DNA of 35,485 nucleotides from a virus (Duplodnaviria; Caudoviricetes), in the IMG/VR virus record IMGVR_UViG_3300033407_000075, positions 1 through 35,485 of that record; one strand, given 5' to 3'. Of the stretch, positions 26,560-34,698 are shown piece by piece; the first letter of the stretch is position 1, and each line of letters opens with the position of its first letter. A model generated the notes under the pieces. That model searched no databases, was not told where the DNA came from, and saw only the letters and a list, made by a program, of their open reading frames with translations. The position numbers were made by a program, and so were the translations under genes.

Positions 26560-26820
26560 CTATCCGTCCCTATCTGAGGGTGGCACTGGCGGGAGCATGG
26601 CCATGATCCGGTCCGCGCGGACCCATCCGACCGCTGGGCAATCGAAGTTGTTGCACCGCACACGGACCCAGGTGTGGGCAGTCCACCCGCCAACAACACG
26701 ACCGGCAGAATCGCGGTTCTGGTCCGAGTCTCCGGGCATCCACCACTGGTGGTAGTCGGTGGTCGGGTCGTGCTGGACCTCGATGAACGCGCCGTCCTTG
26801 CGTGCTTTCCAACTGCTCAT
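26560..26820 (-). CDS. Hypothetical protein
   Basis: ATG 26820, His/Cys motif H.W...CNNFDC. Confidence 0.5.
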   Translation of the reverse strand: MSSWKARKDGAFIEVQHDPTTDYHQWWMPGDSDQNRDSAGRVVGGWTAHTWVRVRCNNFDCPAVGWVRADRIMAMLPPVPPSDRDG

Positions 26821-26851
26821 TCTGGCCCCCCGCTGTTGGGCACTAGGTCTG

Positions 26852-27031
26852 TCATGCTGCACGCCTTCTCATGCGGCGCTTGCACGATTTGCACAGTCCG
26901 AGCGAGTCCGTCAGTGGAATCAACTCACGGCAGGGCGTCACCCGGTCGGCGTGGATCAGAGACGGGACGTCACCCCAGCAGCGCAGCGCCTCCTCGCCCT
27001 CTTGTGTCAGGGATATAGAGAGGAGGCTCAT
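26852..27031 (-). CDS. Small Cys-rich hypothetical protein
   Basis: ATGA overlap with the resolvase stop, C...C...CKSC. Confidence 0.45.
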   Translation of the reverse strand: MSLLSISLTQEGEEALRCWGDVPSLIHADRVTPCRELIPLTDSLGLCKSCKRRMRRRAA

Positions 27032-27462
27032 GGTCGGAAGATCGAGACGGACTGCCGGAACTTGGCTTCCTCCAGCCACTCGCCAATCGGCCTCTCGTCC
27101 CAGCCGCGCGGGGCGTCGTCGTCATACTGGAAGGCCGAGCCCTTCTCCCAGGAGTGGTGCTTGCGCCGGAACAGGACGACAGGGATCAATCCCGGTGCCA
27201 TCTGCTCCTGAGCTTGTCGAAGCCACGAGCCGGGCACACGGCGGCCCCAAGCCTTGCATTCGACGCTGTACCCCACAACGGATGGCTCGTGCGTTACAGG
27301 GCGTCCTAGAGCGTCGTGGCTGGTCACAGTGGCTAGGTCGGCGCCGTAGTTCGCTCCAAGTGACCGCGAAGTGACGATGAGCAGGTTGAGTTCCTCGGCC
27401 AGACGGTTCGCGCACTTGCGCTCCCAGTCGTGCCCGAGCCTTCTACTTGATGCTCCACTCAT
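27028..27462 (-). CDS. Holliday junction resolvase-like PD-(D/E)XK nuclease
   Basis: SRRLGHDWERKCA, ADL, VECK and WLRQAQEQ motifs. GGAG RBS before ATG 27462. Confidence 0.75.
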   Translation of the reverse strand: MSGASSRRLGHDWERKCANRLAEELNLLIVTSRSLGANYGADLATVTSHDALGRPVTHEPSVVGYSVECKAWGRRVPGSWLRQAQEQMAPGLIPVVLFRRKHHSWEKGSAFQYDDDAPRGWDERPIGEWLEEAKFRQSVSIFRP

Positions 27463-27481
27463 CGTCACTCCATGCGGGTCG

Positions 27482-27862
27482 TCAGGACGGGCAGGTGTCA
27501 CGCACGGCGTGGCCAGCCAGCATGGCGGTTCGGTTGCGGTCGGCACCGAAGACCTGCGTAAACGGCGCGTCGGGGAACAAGGCGCGCCACTCCTCAAGGA
27601 GCGGACCCGAGTCACCACCGATGGCCACGATGCAGCGCACGTCGTAGTGCGCGTAGTCGGCAGGCTCCCTCGACTTCGTCAGTGACCGGACGTAGTTCCA
27701 CCCGAGCGCGGAGTTGACCGCCCAGGAGGTCTGGTCATCGACCTCGTTGGCGGTGACCAAGAACACGTCTCCCTTCGCCCCCTGACCCCAGGACAGCGAT
27801 ACCGAGATCGCCATCAGCGTCAGGGTGAGCAGGACGGTTGTTGCGGATTTCTTGATGCTCAT
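27482..27862 (-). CDS. Secreted protein with cell-wall-binding repeat 2 (CWB2)-like motifs
   Basis: Strong RBS (GAGGAAAGGAAGG), signal-peptide-like N-terminus, VFLVT, IVAIGG and GADRNRTA motifs. Confidence 0.55.
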   Translation of the reverse strand: MSIKKSATTVLLTLTLMAISVSLSWGQGAKGDVFLVTANEVDDQTSWAVNSALGWNYVRSLTKSREPADYAHYDVRCIVAIGGDSGPLLEEWRALFPDAPFTQVFGADRNRTAMLAGHAVRDTCPS

Positions 27863-27883
27863 GTTGCCTTCCTTTCCTCGTGG

Positions 27884-28012
27884 CTATTGCGACACGTCTA
27901 CAGACCCACAGCACGGACACATCGGGACGGGCTCGTTGGCGTCCTCGTAGAAGCCACCACCACACTCGCAGCCCTCGAACTCACAGTCCGTGCAGTAATA
28001 GAAAGCCGTCAT
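27884..28012 (-). CDS. 42-aa zinc-ribbon protein (not in ORF track)
   Basis: MTAFYYCTDCEFEGCECGGGFYEDANEPVPMCPCCGSVDVSQ, with ATGA overlap. Confidence 0.55.
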   Translation of the reverse strand: MTAFYYCTDCEFEGCECGGGFYEDANEPVPMCPCCGSVDVSQ

Positions 28013-28236
28013 GCTCCCACCCCCACGTCGCTACTGGTCGGCAAGGCCACCCACTCGTCGTCGCGCTTCACGACCGAGCAGCGGCCGGAGCGGCGGTCCG
28101 TGACCACGACCCACTCGACCCAAGGAAGATCGACCAGCAGGTTCCGTGCCGAGCGCATTGCGGAGGCCCAGCGCCCATACGTCCGCACGGGCGAGAAGCC
28201 ATCATCGACCACTACTGCAATCGGGCGGGCGCTCAT
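28009..28236 (-). CDS. Hypothetical protein
   Basis: GGAGG RBS, ATGA overlaps at both ends, 75 aa. Confidence 0.55.
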   Translation of the reverse strand: MSARPIAVVVDDGFSPVRTYGRWASAMRSARNLLVDLPWVEWVVVTDRRSGRCSVVKRDDEWVALPTSSDVGVGA

Positions 28237-29597
28237 GGCTTGGCCTCCTCGCCAGATTCGATCCGGTCGACCCAGGCGACAAGGGCGTCGTAGAGCCCGG
28301 AGTGCATCCCGCCCTTGGCCCACTTGCCAATGTAGGGCGTCGGTGCGCTGGCCTTCAGGGGCTTGGCCAACTCCTTCGCCTTCGCCATCACCTCGACGTG
28401 GCCGATCTTCAGCCGCTCGACACGGGCACCGAGCGTCTCCTCGACCTCGTCCTCGACCAGTTCGGCGTCCTCGGCGGCACTCCACTTCTGCACCGTTGAG
28501 CGGAACGCCTCACGACCATCATCGGTGGAGAGCCGGTCAAGCCAGGCGGTCATTGTGGACTTCGGAAGCCCGGTCAGCGACGAGACTCCGGTGGCCTCGA
28601 TCATCCACGGCTTGACGTCCGACTTGTAGTCGAGCCCGATGTCACCGAGCAGGGCCATGAACTTCCTGCGCTGCGCGTCCGTGACGGTCGGCTCCTCGAC
28701 CACTTCAGCCTCTACGACGTGTGCTTCCCCCTCGGCCGAAGTGTCAGGCTCGCTCGCTTCCCCGTCGAGCGGGGCATCGTCAGCGACCGAGGGGGAAGAT
28801 GGGGGAGGGGCCGCGGAAGGCAACGGCCCCTCCGGTCCCGGCGACCCGAGGGAGTGCGGGTCATTCGGGACATGCTGATCGTCGGAAGGCGCTGCAATCT
28901 CTGGGCGTGCCTGCGCCTGGCCGAGCGACCGCGAACTCGCCTCACCTGACGCCAGTGCCTCCAGCGATTCGGAGACAGACACGACGGCGATGGTGTATTT
29001 GCGGTTGCCCGTGGACTTGCGGTGCTCAAGGCGCAGCACGCCACGGGTGATCCCCTGAGCCTGCAACTGTGCGATGAGCCGCAACATCCCCTGCGACTCC
29101 TCAGCGAAGTTCTTGGAGGAAGACTCGTAGACCAGTCCGCCACCGAAGGGCAGGTCGGGCAGGACGAAGGTCAGCCGCGACTTGAGCGAGCATTCGAGTT
29201 CGCCCTTGCGGTCACAGATGCAGGGCGAGTCGTCGTACTCGACGTCGTTCGGTCCGGTCGTGGCCAGCACCGAGGCAGTGATACCGTCGCAGCGCCGCTG
29301 GCAACCGCCGCCCGACCACAGTTCGTAACCGATGGAGTAGCCGTCGTTGAGTAAGGCGATGCAGACCTCGGTGGCTTCCGAGGTCACCTCCCAGTCGTGC
29401 GGCGAGTTGCGGTTGGTCATCTTCTCGACCGTGCCGCCATAGCGCGAGGCGAACGCCTCAGCGAAGGGGCGCGAGGAGGTCGTCAGTCGCCATGTGTCGA
29501 TTGCCTGCGGCCGACCGTTGGCGTACTTGCCTGAGCGGAGCTTGCCGACGAGCGGCATCCGTTGGGCGAGGCTGTGGAGCGGCACGACGGCGGTCAC
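28233..29597 (-). CDS. Gp3-like (recombination directionality factor-like family) protein
   Basis: GKLRSG..RP..IDTWRLT, RYGG, ELWSGGGCQRRCDG, CIC...C...RL motifs, then an acidic/Pro linker and helical C-terminal domains. Confidence 0.7.
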   Translation of the reverse strand: MTAVVPLHSLAQRMPLVGKLRSGKYANGRPQAIDTWRLTTSSRPFAEAFASRYGGTVEKMTNRNSPHDWEVTSEATEVCIALLNDGYSIGYELWSGGGCQRRCDGITASVLATTGPNDVEYDDSPCICDRKGELECSLKSRLTFVLPDLPFGGGLVYESSSKNFAEESQGMLRLIAQLQAQGITRGVLRLEHRKSTGNRKYTIAVVSVSESLEALASGEASSRSLGQAQARPEIAAPSDDQHVPNDPHSLGSPGPEGPLPSAAPPPSSPSVADDAPLDGEASEPDTSAEGEAHVVEAEVVEEPTVTDAQRRKFMALLGDIGLDYKSDVKPWMIEATGVSSLTGLPKSTMTAWLDRLSTDDGREAFRSTVQKWSAAEDAELVEDEVEETLGARVERLKIGHVEVMAKAKELAKPLKASAPTPYIGKWAKGGMHSGLYDALVAWVDRIESGEEAKP

Positions 29598-29818
29598 AGT
29601 TCACCGCCTCGGGTCCAGACGTCAGCGAGTTCTCGGAGGCAACGGGGCGAGCAGGTCGTCCAGTCGTCCTCGCCCGGAACGGGGCGTCGTGTGATCGACC
29701 ATCCCTCGGGGACGGGGGGCTCGGCTGCCACGGACCATCCCACCTCCCGCCTGAGCGCATCCATCTTCTGACACGTCGGCGCGTCACACTCGTACACCTC
29801 TGCGGGGAAGCGGCTCAC
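29594..29818 (-). CDS. Small zinc-finger-like protein
   Basis: AGGAGG RBS, CDAPTC...CSPRC. Confidence 0.6.
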   Translation of the reverse strand: MSRFPAEVYECDAPTCQKMDALRREVGWSVAAEPPVPEGWSITRRPVPGEDDWTTCSPRCLRELADVWTRGGEL

Positions 29819-29973
29819 GATGCCCTCCTAAGTGATCGGTGTTGCTCGGCTGCCGATCCGACGAGGGGCGACGTGCCGAGGAGGATCGACCCCCGGATGC
29901 GCTCGCGCTCGTCTTCGACGGACTCCTTGCGGACGTAGCTCTCGTCCCACTTGCGGTAGGCCGGGTCAGTCAC
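29815..29973 (-). CDS. 52-aa hypothetical protein (not in ORF track)
   Basis: GGGGAG RBS, GTG start (MTDPAYRKWDESYVRKE...), GTGA overlap with the next gene. Confidence 0.45.
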   Translation of the reverse strand: MTDPAYRKWDESYVRKESVEDERERIRGSILLGTSPLVGSAAEQHRSLRRAS

Positions 29974-29991
29974 GGTTGCGCTCCCCGTTGG

Positions 29992-30891
29992 TCATGCGGC
30001 ATCGAACTCAGACTCAAGAAGCCGGCGCTTGTACCACTCGGGTAGACCCCTCACGGCGCCCCGCGTGACCTTCGCCCGAGCCCACTTCCACAGGGCTTCT
30101 TTGATCTCGTCCTCGCATTCCTCGGCGAGATCGGATTGGGCGGCCCTTACGAGCGCGCCAATGTCACGAGGGCCACCTTCGAGCACCCCGTCGTCGCGCA
30201 GGTGCTGGACGGCCTTCTCCCACCTGACTTCATTCTGGTACTGATCCACGAGCGACTGAATAATGTCGCCACTGTTGGGGTTGGCCTTCTTCCAGTCCTT
30301 GGCGTGCTTCTCCTTGAACGCCTCGGATACGTGCTTGCCCATCAGCGCCTTGCCATCGCGCCCGAACCGTGCGTGGTTCTTAACAACGATGCCCTCGACC
30401 TTGCAGCCTCCGAGCGCGGCGTCACGGGAGAGCAGCTCGTCCACGAGGTCGAGACTGTCAAGCTCCCCGTAGTGCATCCGTGGCACGGACTCAATGCCGA
30501 TGCGCGCTGCCTCGTCATCGCGGTCATCGGGGGCGAGGAAATCACTCCGAGCCACCTCGACGTCGAAGACGATCAGGTGGTCCTCGGGGGTCCGGTCGTA
30601 GGCGAGCGTGTTGTGCTTGGGCTTAGCCAGGTACTCCGCGCGGTAGGCCCAGCCGGGGGTGAGTCGGTCAGCCCTGCGTTGGACGCTTTCGACGGCCCTG
30701 TCGAACATCTGAGGGGCATCGAGAATGAGCTGTTGGTTCTTCGACCGGCAGCACAACTCCCCGTCGATGATCCCGAAGGAGAACTGCGACCCATCGACCT
30801 TCTCCTCGACAGACACGGGTCCATCGCGGAGCCCGTCCAGTGCGGGGTGCCCGAGGTTCCAGACCTTCGGGTAACTGTGGATCTCGGCCAT
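29992..30891 (-). CDS. ATP-dependent RNA ligase (Rnl2-like nucleotidyltransferase)
   Basis: YPK, EEKVDGS (motif I), AEY, VFDV, EGIVVK and GKHVSEAFKE motifs. AAGGGAG RBS. Confidence 0.82.
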   Translation of the reverse strand: MAEIHSYPKVWNLGHPALDGLRDGPVSVEEKVDGSQFSFGIIDGELCCRSKNQQLILDAPQMFDRAVESVQRRADRLTPGWAYRAEYLAKPKHNTLAYDRTPEDHLIVFDVEVARSDFLAPDDRDDEAARIGIESVPRMHYGELDSLDLVDELLSRDAALGGCKVEGIVVKNHARFGRDGKALMGKHVSEAFKEKHAKDWKKANPNSGDIIQSLVDQYQNEVRWEKAVQHLRDDGVLEGGPRDIGALVRAAQSDLAEECEDEIKEALWKWARAKVTRGAVRGLPEWYKRRLLESEFDAA

Positions 30892-30919
30892 TCTCAACTC
30901 CCTTGTCCGGCAGTTCCGC

Positions 30920-31146
30920 TAGGCGTAAAGTCGGCGTAAGCGGAAATCAGTCGTAATCGGACTGCCGTTATTCTGCCTGATAAGTGCCCGAATGTCAAGC
31001 GGAACCTCTAGACTAATCTGGCAATCCACTAGATGTTGTGGAGCAGAAGTCCGCATTCAAGTACGGCATGCGTACTTGAGACTGGGCGATTGGATGTATT
31101 TCACGGGGGTTTAGGGTGCCCATAGGCGTAAACCGTTCGTAATCGA
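30920..31146. other. Candidate attP region
   Basis: AT-richer intergenic region with inverted repeat TCAAGTAC-N7-GTACTTGA (31057-31079), flanked by direct repeats TAGGCGTAAA (30920, 31123) and TCGTAATCG (30951, 31137). Confidence 0.55.
30970..30998 (-). promoter_or_regulatory. Promoter for the RNA ligase operon
   Basis: Minus strand TTGACA (30998-30993), 17-nt spacer, CAGAAT (30975-30970). Confidence 0.65.
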
Positions 31147-31179
31147 AACCCCGAAAATGGTTGACCCGCCGTCGGACAG

Positions 31180-31209
31180 CAGGAGGCCGGTCAGGAACAC
31201 GGCCTCTTG
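31180..31209. terminator. Hairpin downstream of the integrase-adjacent gene
   Basis: CAGGAGGCCG-N10-CGGCCTCTTG, with no U-tract. Confidence 0.3.
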
Positions 31210-31244
31210 GGTCTGAAAGTGCAGGGCCTTGTGTGTGCGCGCCA

Positions 31245-31715
31245 TCACTCAGCCTTCCTGCCCGTGCGGATCTGATCTACGAAGACGTCGAAGTCCGCCG
31301 CGATCTGTGTGGCGACCTCGCCAAGCCGCTTGACCGCAACGTCCACCCGGTCGGCCACCGACACTTGAATGAGGTCGTTGGGTGGGTTGCCGAGGTGCGT
31401 GAGGTCAGTTCCGAGGCCGTACTCGTCTTCGATGTCCTCGTATTCCCAGACCGGAAAGGGGTAGGTGGGTAGATAGCGGATGGCTCCGTCCCGCGGGACT
31501 TGAGCAACGGCCACCACCATGTCGAAAGTCTGTGGCGCCGCACCATTCAAGGGAAACTCCTCCACCCGCAGTCGATCCCAGGAATAGCGCGCACTCTCAT
31601 TTCTGAGAGCGACGTGGTCTTTGGCCGCGCCCCCATCCGTGAACACAGCGACGATGTGGTAGTTGCTGTACTCGCCACTCGTCACGACGTAGGCCATCCG
31701 CCTGTTGACCATCAC
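31245..31715 (-). CDS. Hypothetical phage protein
   Basis: 156 aa, AGGAGG RBS, GTGA overlap with the integrase stop, YVVTSGEYSNY N-terminal motif. Confidence 0.65.
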   Translation of the reverse strand: MMVNRRMAYVVTSGEYSNYHIVAVFTDGGAAKDHVALRNESARYSWDRLRVEEFPLNGAAPQTFDMVVAVAQVPRDGAIRYLPTYPFPVWEYEDIEDEYGLGTDLTHLGNPPNDLIQVSVADRVDVAVKRLGEVATQIAADFDVFVDQIRTGRKAE

Positions 31716-32869
31716 TCAGCCCTCCTGATCGGTGTCACGTTCGGGCCAGGTCCGCGCTTGGCCTGCTGCCACATCTGATCCATCGCCTCACCCAAGTCCT
31801 GCATGTCGTCGGCGAACAGGTGCGCGTAGGTCTTCATCGTCACGGCAGGTGAAGCGTGACCGAGATAGGCGGCCACCTGCACGGGCGAGAAGCCTTGGCG
31901 GATCAGCCACGAGGCGCAGGTGTGGCGCAGCTCGTGGGGCACGAGGTCACGACCGATGCCAGCATCCTTCAGCGCAGGCCTGAAGTGCTCGCGGTTCCAC
32001 GCCGGCCAGATCCTCGACTGCCCTCGCTTGCCGTCGCACATGAACAGGAACTCGCCACCGCGCGCGACACACCGCTCAAGCACTTCCTCGACGGCAGGGA
32101 ACACCGGAATCCAGCGCCACTTGTCGGCCTTCTCGTCCCAGATGTTCAGCTTGCCGTTGATCCGGTCCCAGTTCTCCTCGACCAGTACGGCCAGGTCGCC
32201 GATGCGACAGCCGATCAGCGCCAGCCCGAGCACGATGTCGGCCGACCACCCCGAGCGCAACTCCCACTGCGGGTGATCCTCGCCCATGGCGTGCGACCGA
32301 CCGTCGGGACCGACGTAGGAGCACGACTTGCCCTTCGACGCCTCGACCAGAGCCTGCAACTCGTGCGGCTCAAGCACGGTCATCTGCTTGCGCCTGTGTG
32401 GCGGGGCCTTGACGAGCTTGGCCGGGTTGGCTGGGATGTACCCGTAGCGTTGCTGATCGGTCAGGAACGACGAGAGGATCTGGAGCCCCTTCAGGGCCGT
32501 GTTGGTCGTCCGCTCCTTGACCAGTTGGTTGCGCCACGCCTCGATCTGCTCGACGCCGAGGTGCTCCATCGTCAGGTTGCCGAGGTACGGCTTGATGTGC
32601 TTGCGCACGAATAGTGAGTAGAGCGCGTGCGATGAGGGCGCGAAGTTGGGGTCCTCGGCCCTGATGTCGAGCCACTCGTCGAGCCGGTCGCCCACACGCT
32701 CGCGCAGTCGGTCGGGTGGAATGAACACACCACGGTCGAAGTCGGCGGTGACCTGTCGCTCCCACGCCACGGCGTCCCGGCGCAGGTCGAAGGTGCGCGA
32801 GTGTCGCTCGCCTCCCAACATCTTCTCGACCTTGTATTTACCGTTGGGCAACTTCTGCGGCTTCGCCAT
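31712..32869 (-). CDS. int: Tyrosine integrase
   Basis: GGGAGG RBS then ATG 32869. N-terminal arm-binding region (SRTFDLRRDA), catalytic GCRIG, HELRH, LGH and TMKTY. Confidence 0.92.
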   Translation of the reverse strand: MAKPQKLPNGKYKVEKMLGGERHSRTFDLRRDAVAWERQVTADFDRGVFIPPDRLRERVGDRLDEWLDIRAEDPNFAPSSHALYSLFVRKHIKPYLGNLTMEHLGVEQIEAWRNQLVKERTTNTALKGLQILSSFLTDQQRYGYIPANPAKLVKAPPHRRKQMTVLEPHELQALVEASKGKSCSYVGPDGRSHAMGEDHPQWELRSGWSADIVLGLALIGCRIGDLAVLVEENWDRINGKLNIWDEKADKWRWIPVFPAVEEVLERCVARGGEFLFMCDGKRGQSRIWPAWNREHFRPALKDAGIGRDLVPHELRHTCASWLIRQGFSPVQVAAYLGHASPAVTMKTYAHLFADDMQDLGEAMDQMWQQAKRGPGPNVTPIRRAE

Positions 32870-33021
32870 CTCGGTCCTCCCTTGCCTTCTCGAATGTAAC
32901 TGTGGCCCGTGATCTATGCGTGTGTAGGTCGCCGTGCTTCCGCCGGGCCCCCAGGTGCACACGACCTTGCACGGCTGGCCTTTCCGGTCGGGCTGGTATT
33001 TCCGCCACCACCACACGTGCG

Positions 33022-33687
33022 TCATGCTGCTGCCTCCTGGGCGATGGCGTGCCTGACGAGGAACCGCGTGTACGCAGGCGGGATCGCCTGGGCGAGTTCG
33101 TCGCGGGTCATCCAGTCGATGCCCATGACCTCACGCCACTGCTTCACACCGTGGTAGATGTGGCCGCCATGCCCGAACACGGACACCGTGAACGGGCCGT
33201 GGTGGCACGGCGGGGTGAGCACCATCGGTGCTCCCGGCCACAGTTCGAACAGCCTGTGTCTGCGTAGGCGGCGTTCACCGAACATGGAGCCGCAGAGCAC
33301 CACGTCGCGGCGCATCGGCGCTCCTGGGACGTTCTCGATGATCCACGGCGTGTCCTGTGCGGCGAGCCGGTCACGGGTCGGGGCGAGCAGGTCGGGATGG
33401 TCGTTGCCGTGGATGACCTGGGCGACCGTGAACGCCTGGCATGGTGGGGACGCGTGGATCAGGTCGAACCCGTCGAGGGGGAACGTCATGGCGTCTGCGT
33501 GGACGAACTCGAACGGGTAGTTGGGCTGGGGCTTGGTGTCCACGCCGACGATCTCGACGTCCAGCCCCGCTTCGGTGAGCCCCTGGTAGTAGCCCCTGGC
33601 TGCGCCCCCGGCGCCGGAGAACAGGTCGAGAACCCGGTACTTCCGCCCGGCGATACCAGTCGCTATCGCACGGGTCACGTCACTCAC
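33022..33687 (-). CDS. DNA cytosine-5 methyltransferase (compact phage type)
   Basis: LDLFSGAGG (I), ASPPCQ (IV), IENV (VI), RRHRLF (VIII) and QAIPPAY (X). Confidence 0.85.
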   Translation of the reverse strand: MSDVTRAIATGIAGRKYRVLDLFSGAGGAARGYYQGLTEAGLDVEIVGVDTKPQPNYPFEFVHADAMTFPLDGFDLIHASPPCQAFTVAQVIHGNDHPDLLAPTRDRLAAQDTPWIIENVPGAPMRRDVVLCGSMFGERRLRRHRLFELWPGAPMVLTPPCHHGPFTVSVFGHGGHIYHGVKQWREVMGIDWMTRDELAQAIPPAYTRFLVRHAIAQEAAA

Positions 33688-34585
33688 CCTCGGCGAACCG
33701 CTTGCGGCATGTCTCCACTACCGAGCAGTAGTGACTACAAAGCGATCCGCCCCAAATGGTCCCGGTGTCCACGACTTCCCCATCCTCAACGAGAGTCCAA
33801 GCACCGGACTCTGGATTCAGGCGTGATTTTCTGGGCTGCTCGTGCGGGACGAAGCGGGGGACCTCGGCCGTCGGATGCTTCTTGATCCACGACAACTGGT
33901 CGAGCCACTCGTCAGCGAGCGGCTGCAACTGCTCGCGGCTGAACGTCCACTGGGCGCCGAACCGGGTGACGTCGTCGATGCTCTTGCGCTCGGCCGCGCC
34001 GCCACTGATCGCCTCGGTTGCCAGGTAGATGAGCGTGCCCGAGGCGGTGTTGTGCCCTACCACATTGAGGGCCAACTGCACCATGTGCGCCGACTTCGGA
34101 CCCTGTGCTGCACCCCGCTCGCCAACTAGGTATTTGTAAGAGAATCCGCCAGACGTCTTCAGCTCCAGCACGCGCGACTCCTCGGTGGACAGCGCGTCAC
34201 ACGAGCCGGACGTCAGCCCTTGCAGTGTCGAGCCAACCTCGAAGGCGAACCGGCCCGGCCACTTCCATTCGACCGCGCGCTGCCACATCTCGTGGATGAT
34301 CGTCCCGTAGGCGGTGACCGAGATCCCGGCGCCGTCCATCGGTTCTTCCTCCACGCCGTCCCGCCTGAGGGCTACCTGCTTGAGACAGGAGGCCGCCGAC
34401 GAGTGGCGCGACAGGGTGTCGGACACCTGGGGCTTGTTCAGCTCGTACTTGAGGTGAACCTCGGTGTCCACGCCAGCCGCCAGCCATTCGACCAGTGGCG
34501 TCACGAACTCGCGGTCCTCGTCGGGCAGCAGCCCGGCCTTCTCGTCGGAAGGCTTGGGTAGGTGGGACAGATCCTTGAACGCCAT
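33680..34585 (-). CDS. Cas4/RecB-like PD-(D/E)XK exonuclease
   Basis: SSAASC, GTIIH, GSCD, LELKT, QLA and C-terminal CSHYC...C. AAGGGAG RBS and TAATG coupling at 34585. Confidence 0.78.
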   Translation of the reverse strand: MAFKDLSHLPKPSDEKAGLLPDEDREFVTPLVEWLAAGVDTEVHLKYELNKPQVSDTLSRHSSAASCLKQVALRRDGVEEEPMDGAGISVTAYGTIIHEMWQRAVEWKWPGRFAFEVGSTLQGLTSGSCDALSTEESRVLELKTSGGFSYKYLVGERGAAQGPKSAHMVQLALNVVGHNTASGTLIYLATEAISGGAAERKSIDDVTRFGAQWTFSREQLQPLADEWLDQLSWIKKHPTAEVPRFVPHEQPRKSRLNPESGAWTLVEDGEVVDTGTIWGGSLCSHYCSVVETCRKRFAEGE

Positions 34586-34698
34586 TAGCGCGCTCCCTTT
34601 ACGTCTCGTTCGCGGAGGTAGGAGCGGCACTCGCCGCACCAGAGCCAGTCCTGTAGGAACCGTGCGGGCTTGGCCGTCTCGTGCTTGCAGCGGCTCAT
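34585..34698 (-). CDS. 37-aa zinc-finger-like protein (not in ORF track)
   Basis: [37 protein letters not shown], with ATGA and TAATG overlaps. Confidence 0.5.
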   Translation of the reverse strand: MSRCKHETAKPARFLQDWLWCGECRSYLRERDVKGAR

